64,000 nt of DNA, taken from contig JAYQLI010000012.1 of the NCBI GenBank assembly GCA_038143065.1, forward strand, positions 1 through 64,000, in the 5' to 3' direction. Position numbers and translations under genes: made by a program. Source of the stretch: Rhodospirillales bacterium. GTDB taxonomy: Bacteria > Pseudomonadota > Alphaproteobacteria > Bin95. Below, in pieces: positions 60,229 to 64,000 of the stretch. Under the pieces are notes generated by a model. It saw only the letters and a program-made list of their open reading frames with translations, made no database searches and had not been told where the DNA came from. Position 1 is the first letter of the stretch. Each line of letters starts with the position of its first letter.

Positions 60229-61072
60229 AGCTCGCCACACATGAAATTTTTTCATGTTTAGCATGCCGTGTTGTACAGAGTGTCTATAAGAACGTAGGGA
60301 AATTTATGCACACTGTCGCAATAAATGACAAATCACTTGCTCTACTTCCCATTTTTGACGCCTCTTATAGAAAGTACACCTTAGGGGTAAATCTATTATT
60401 GCTATATACCCGAAAGTATAGTACGGTTTAGGTATGCATTTGAGCACCTGATGAGAAACGTGTGCAAATGCCAGTAACCGCAAAAAAGCGATCTGCAATC
60501 CTGACATTGATGGAGTTAGCCCACATTAGATGTGGCGCTTGCTTTTACATTTGAAAAATCAAAAATTGAAAAATAAAAGCCAGAACTGATCATCATCTTG
60601 AAGGTTTATTACATATCTCAAGACATTCCAGTAACCGCCTCATTGAATGTCGAGATCACATTCAGTGGATCCTCCAGCAGCGAGATAAGAACGTTCCCCC
60701 GATGGAGAGGGTATTTACTATTTTCTGAACACGCACTTTATGTCCCGCATCTTTGAACGGTTGGCTTGGATGATGGAGTTGTTGGTAAAGCTTCCAGAAC
60801 GCTTTGAGAGCCGTTTTAAGACTGTTCAGCGTGAGCAATCAAATCTGATGACATAGTCATGGCTACAGACAGAAATCTATTCGAGGACAGTTTTTCTAAG
60901 CTGCATGATGGTCATAATGTTAGGATAGTTAGGCGGTCAGCATGAGGCCACTCATCGCCTGAAGTAGACTGTGCACCCCTTTGGTGATACGAAAAAAAGA
61001 CAGCAGAAGGCGGCTTTGGGTGAAGCTTGTTGATCTTAAAGCTCCTTCTCCCTTTAAAATTGGAAGAGATGA

Positions 61073-61266
61073 GAAGCTTAAAGTTGCTTAAAGTTGCTTA
61101 AAGTATATCCTTTAAGAAGAATCTCTATCTTTTTTATCAAAGTTAGAATTGAAAGCTTAAGGCCTACTTTAAGAGATACTTTAAGTAGCTTTAAATCATT
61201 TATCATCTCAAAATATAGAAGATAATAAAAAGCTTAAAGGTGAGATGTAAGATCCAACTTTAAGTA
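61073..61266. repeat. GCTTAAAG/CTTTAAG short-repeat tract
   Basis: Three tandem GCTTAAAGT units plus several CTTTAAG copies in a non-coding AT-rich stretch. Confidence 0.6.
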
Positions 61267-61428
61267 CTCCGAGGCTCCCAGCCAAAGACACTCTTTGTTT
61301 CTTCTGTCGTACCCCCGATGTATTACATTTCCTATACTAGGAACGACAAGGATCAGGCGCCTGTAAGCCAACCTATATACATTACTCAGACGTTTTTGAT
61401 GAGCCTCTGCAAACCAGCAACACCATAT

Positions 61429-61664
61429 TGGTTAACACACCCCCAGCTCACCTCACTGTCAAAGTCCAAGTATATATAACGGGCACAGGGGGTGTGGCCC
61501 ATGCGTACCACGCTGGGGTTCGTTATCGTTGGGACATTAAGGATGTGAGCGAAGGTAAAGATAGGGGCGTTCTCTTCTAAGGGTGTCACCGATGTCAGGT
61601 GAAAACAAAATTTTTATAATGTTTTTCTTTCAGAAAACTTTTGGTTTTACCTGACACACACACC
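61429..61664 (+). repeat. Conserved module copy 2 (61429-61509) fused to primase 3' tail and ori-like IR copy 2 (61512-61664)
   Basis: First part matches 15707-15787; second part matches 12681-12837. Confidence 0.85.
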
Positions 61665-61749
61665 CGACAATTGCCGGTTTTAACGGTTTGCTTTCAGAGT
61701 ATAAAAACTGAAAATAAAAATTGAATTTTCGATAGAAGGATTAAAAATA

Positions 61750-62808
61750 ATGGCTCCATTAGAGACTACAACAATCGGTGCCTTCCTAAGCCCAAGTATG
61801 TTCCCATTCGAGATTGGTTTGATCTGTCTCGTGAAACTGGAGGAATGAATACTGCTTGAAACGACGAGGATGTATTCAAGAGACATAAAGAATCAAGACG
61901 CTCATGAAGATCTCTTTTAAAAGCTACCAAAGAGATTTTGGATATTCAGCTTAGATCTGGAATTTCAATTCTACAGATGAGGTTCGTCGTGAAAATTATA
62001 TTCACTACCATTGCCGTCATTTAGATGGTTTTGATTTTGAAAGTTTAGAACATCGGGTTCTTACGTGATGGCGCATATGAAACCGACCTGCCGGCAATCA
62101 GAAATAAAATTAGCCATTCGGGGAAAGAGCTACAGTGTGCACGATTATGTAGCCAGTCAGAATTTGAGCTCCAAACCAGTAAAATTTACCTTACCAGGAC
62201 CTTTGACGATAATGGATACAACAGCAGATTGTTTTTACAACGATCGTCCAAAGTTAAACGCAGCCTTGGCGGAAACAGTGAATAAGGAAATCCTTTCGCT
62301 GGTCGAAGCAGGATGTAAATTACATCAGATTAAGATGAGCCCTGTTTGCTCGCTCGGTAAAGGATGCACTGGGCTTTGGTATGGAGGGATTAGAGAGATG
62401 CTTTCATAATGAATCTGACTGAACACGAATTGTTCATATGTGTTGTGGTTACCCTGATCTTGATGATGATGATTATAAAAAAGCAGATCCAACAAGTTAC
62501 CATCAACTTAGTGAAGCAATTGATGAAGCAGCATTTGATCAGATTTCGATCGAGGACAAGCATTGCTGTAATGATTTGACACTTTTAGAAAGGTTTCAAA
62601 AAATAAGACTGTTATTTTTGTGCTGTCGCAATAGCATCCAGCCGCCTAGAAACGGTCGACGAAGTAAAGAACGGCTTCAAGCAGCAATGAACCATATCGA
62701 CCAAGAGATCGGCTAGTAGTTGCTCCCGATTGTGGGTTAGGCCTCCTTTCACCAAAACTAGCTGAGGATAAATTGCGTGTAATGTGTCAGGCGGCAGCAC
62801 TTATTTGA
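61750..62808 (+). CDS. Cobalamin-independent methionine synthase II (MetE C-terminal domain) family protein (frameshifted)
   Basis: TTTIGAF, RRENYIHYHCRHL, KFTLPGPLT, HMCCGYP and PDCGLG motifs. Confidence 0.85.
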
Positions 62809-62824
62809 TGCCGACAAGAAGGCC

Positions 62825-62857
62825 AGATCATCTTCAAAGCCAGATGATCTTGACTTT
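62825..62857 (+). terminator. Possible intrinsic terminator
   Basis: AGATCATCT-N8-AGATGATCT hairpin just after the MetE-like stop; weak T tail. Confidence 0.4.
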
Positions 62858-62870
62858 AATCAATCTTTAC

Positions 62871-63122
62871 AAACTGGTTAACACACCCACAGCTCACCTC
62901 ACGGTCAAAGCCCAAGTATATATAACGGGCATAGGGGTATAAGCCCATGCGTCCCATCTTTGTGGTACCACTTATTGTATCGAAACATGCTACCCACGCT
63001 TTGGAATGAGTTTTACGAAATAGCTACATCGAGTGATCTAAATCTATAGTCCACTCTTGGATCTTGTCACATTTATTTGGCTCATATTGGTACACATCAA
63101 GGGATAGGCCATATGTTGACAG
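62871..63122 (+). repeat. Conserved ~250-bp non-coding module, copy 3
   Basis: Aligns with 15703-15955. Confidence 0.85.
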
Positions 63123-63192
63123 ACAACTTTATTGATGTGACTAATATTTCAAGCGGTTTAAAAGTTCTGAAAATTCAAAATACTGAATAGAT

Positions 63193-64000
63193 ATGAAAAT
63201 TACATTAAGGATAATCATTCTCTTAGGGGTTTTTGCTCATCTGACACCAGCTCTACTTCTGTCTTACACTGATTACTCCAGCGAAGACGGATCTGGAAAA
63301 CAATTTCAACTTCATGATTGATCAACCGCAGAGAATGTGACAGGCGCTTACGACTTGGTTGAAGTCGGATTTCGGATTTTGTCACTGAGTTTGGAAAATC
63401 AAATGCTTAGTGCCTTTGAGCCTTTTAAGGCTGCATATTTTGAGGTTAATGGTGAGGTTTCTAAAATTGATTTAGCTGAACTAAAAGAAGAGTTGGGCGA
63501 TGAAGTTGATTTTGTATATAATAGACGAACATGGTGTCATCATACACAACATTTGAAAAGGATTTAAATCTAGATTTCTCAAAAGTTGCACCAGGCTTCA
63601 ACAAAACTCCAAGAAATAAGAATGATAAAGTCAGTATCAGGTAGTAAGATCATGTCTCCAAATGAGACCATTACTGGTAATGTTCGCAAATGCCCTGCTG
63701 GGCACTCCTGACAAAAAGTATATTCTAGAAAATTGGTATAAAATCATCTCCCAATTTGAGCACCAGATTATTTAAAGATCTTGATTTATTGAAAATTTCT
63801 AGTGACTTTGAACAATTTAATCCAGATCTCAAGTCAGTTATCATTTTTAATGGAAATGGAAAAGTAGCGAATAAACCTGATTTTGCTGTTATGAGATCAA
63901 AGAAAGTAACATTGTAGATGTTTATGAAAGTGGCGAGCGGCTTGATATTGATAGGGTATTAAAGCTTCTGAAAAATGGATTTATGTTAAAGCTGATATTG
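63193..64000 (+). CDS. Hypothetical exported protein (frameshifted, partial)
   Basis: MKITLRIIILLGVFAHLTPA signal-like start and ORF fragment 63337-63567; no family recognised. Confidence 0.35.

Larger units (their letters stand above)
57107..64000. mobile_element. Island D (continues beyond the window), a relative of island A
   Basis: Starts at an att copy; same integrase-then-convergent-cyclase layout and the same cis modules as island A. Confidence 0.75.

Noticed and set aside
1-64000. CRISPR array or cas genes
   Set aside because: No regularly spaced repeat-spacer series and no Cas motifs; the repeats found are dispersed or very short.
30170-64000. Mass pseudogenisation or programmed frameshifting of cargo genes
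   Set aside because: Indels are scattered, motifs are intact and IS copies are hit too; sequencing error is the simpler explanation, though it cannot be proven here.
7988-64000. Intact prophage or conjugative element
   Set aside because: No capsid, terminase, tail, relaxase or T4SS genes were recognised in the window.

Overview
Alphaproteobacterial DNA, most likely from a marine Roseobacter-group organism (inferred from gene content). A clean ~6 kb core block (NlpC/P60, M17 leucyl aminopeptidase, beta-carbonic anhydrase, asd, NDUFA9-like SDR) lies between two tRNA integration hotspots. On the left, tRNA-Met is followed by a tyrosine integrase running off the window edge. On the right, tRNA-Leu(CAG) is followed by more than 56 kb of stacked islands, delimited by three further copies of the tRNA-Leu 3' end (16027-16083, 28640-28657, ~57092-57106). 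The islands carry tyrosine integrases (one intact, one frameshifted, two remnants), a P4-type primase remnant, shared non-coding modules (an ori-like inverted repeat, a ~250-bp module with a covarying hairpin in three copies, arm-like repeats) and IS3 copies and fragments. Cargo includes two adenylate cyclase-TolB-TPR paralogs, an Mrr-domain gene, a ThiY-type ABC/COG0212/adenine deaminase operon, a BMP-ABC nucleoside catabolic operon, a TRAP plus haloacetate dehalogenase plus LeuCD-like cluster, an StcD-like flavoprotein, a 2OG-Fe(II) oxygenase and a MetE-like gene. Most island genes are broken by many small indels, probably unpolished long-read error, so their coordinates are approximate reconstructions across frames.
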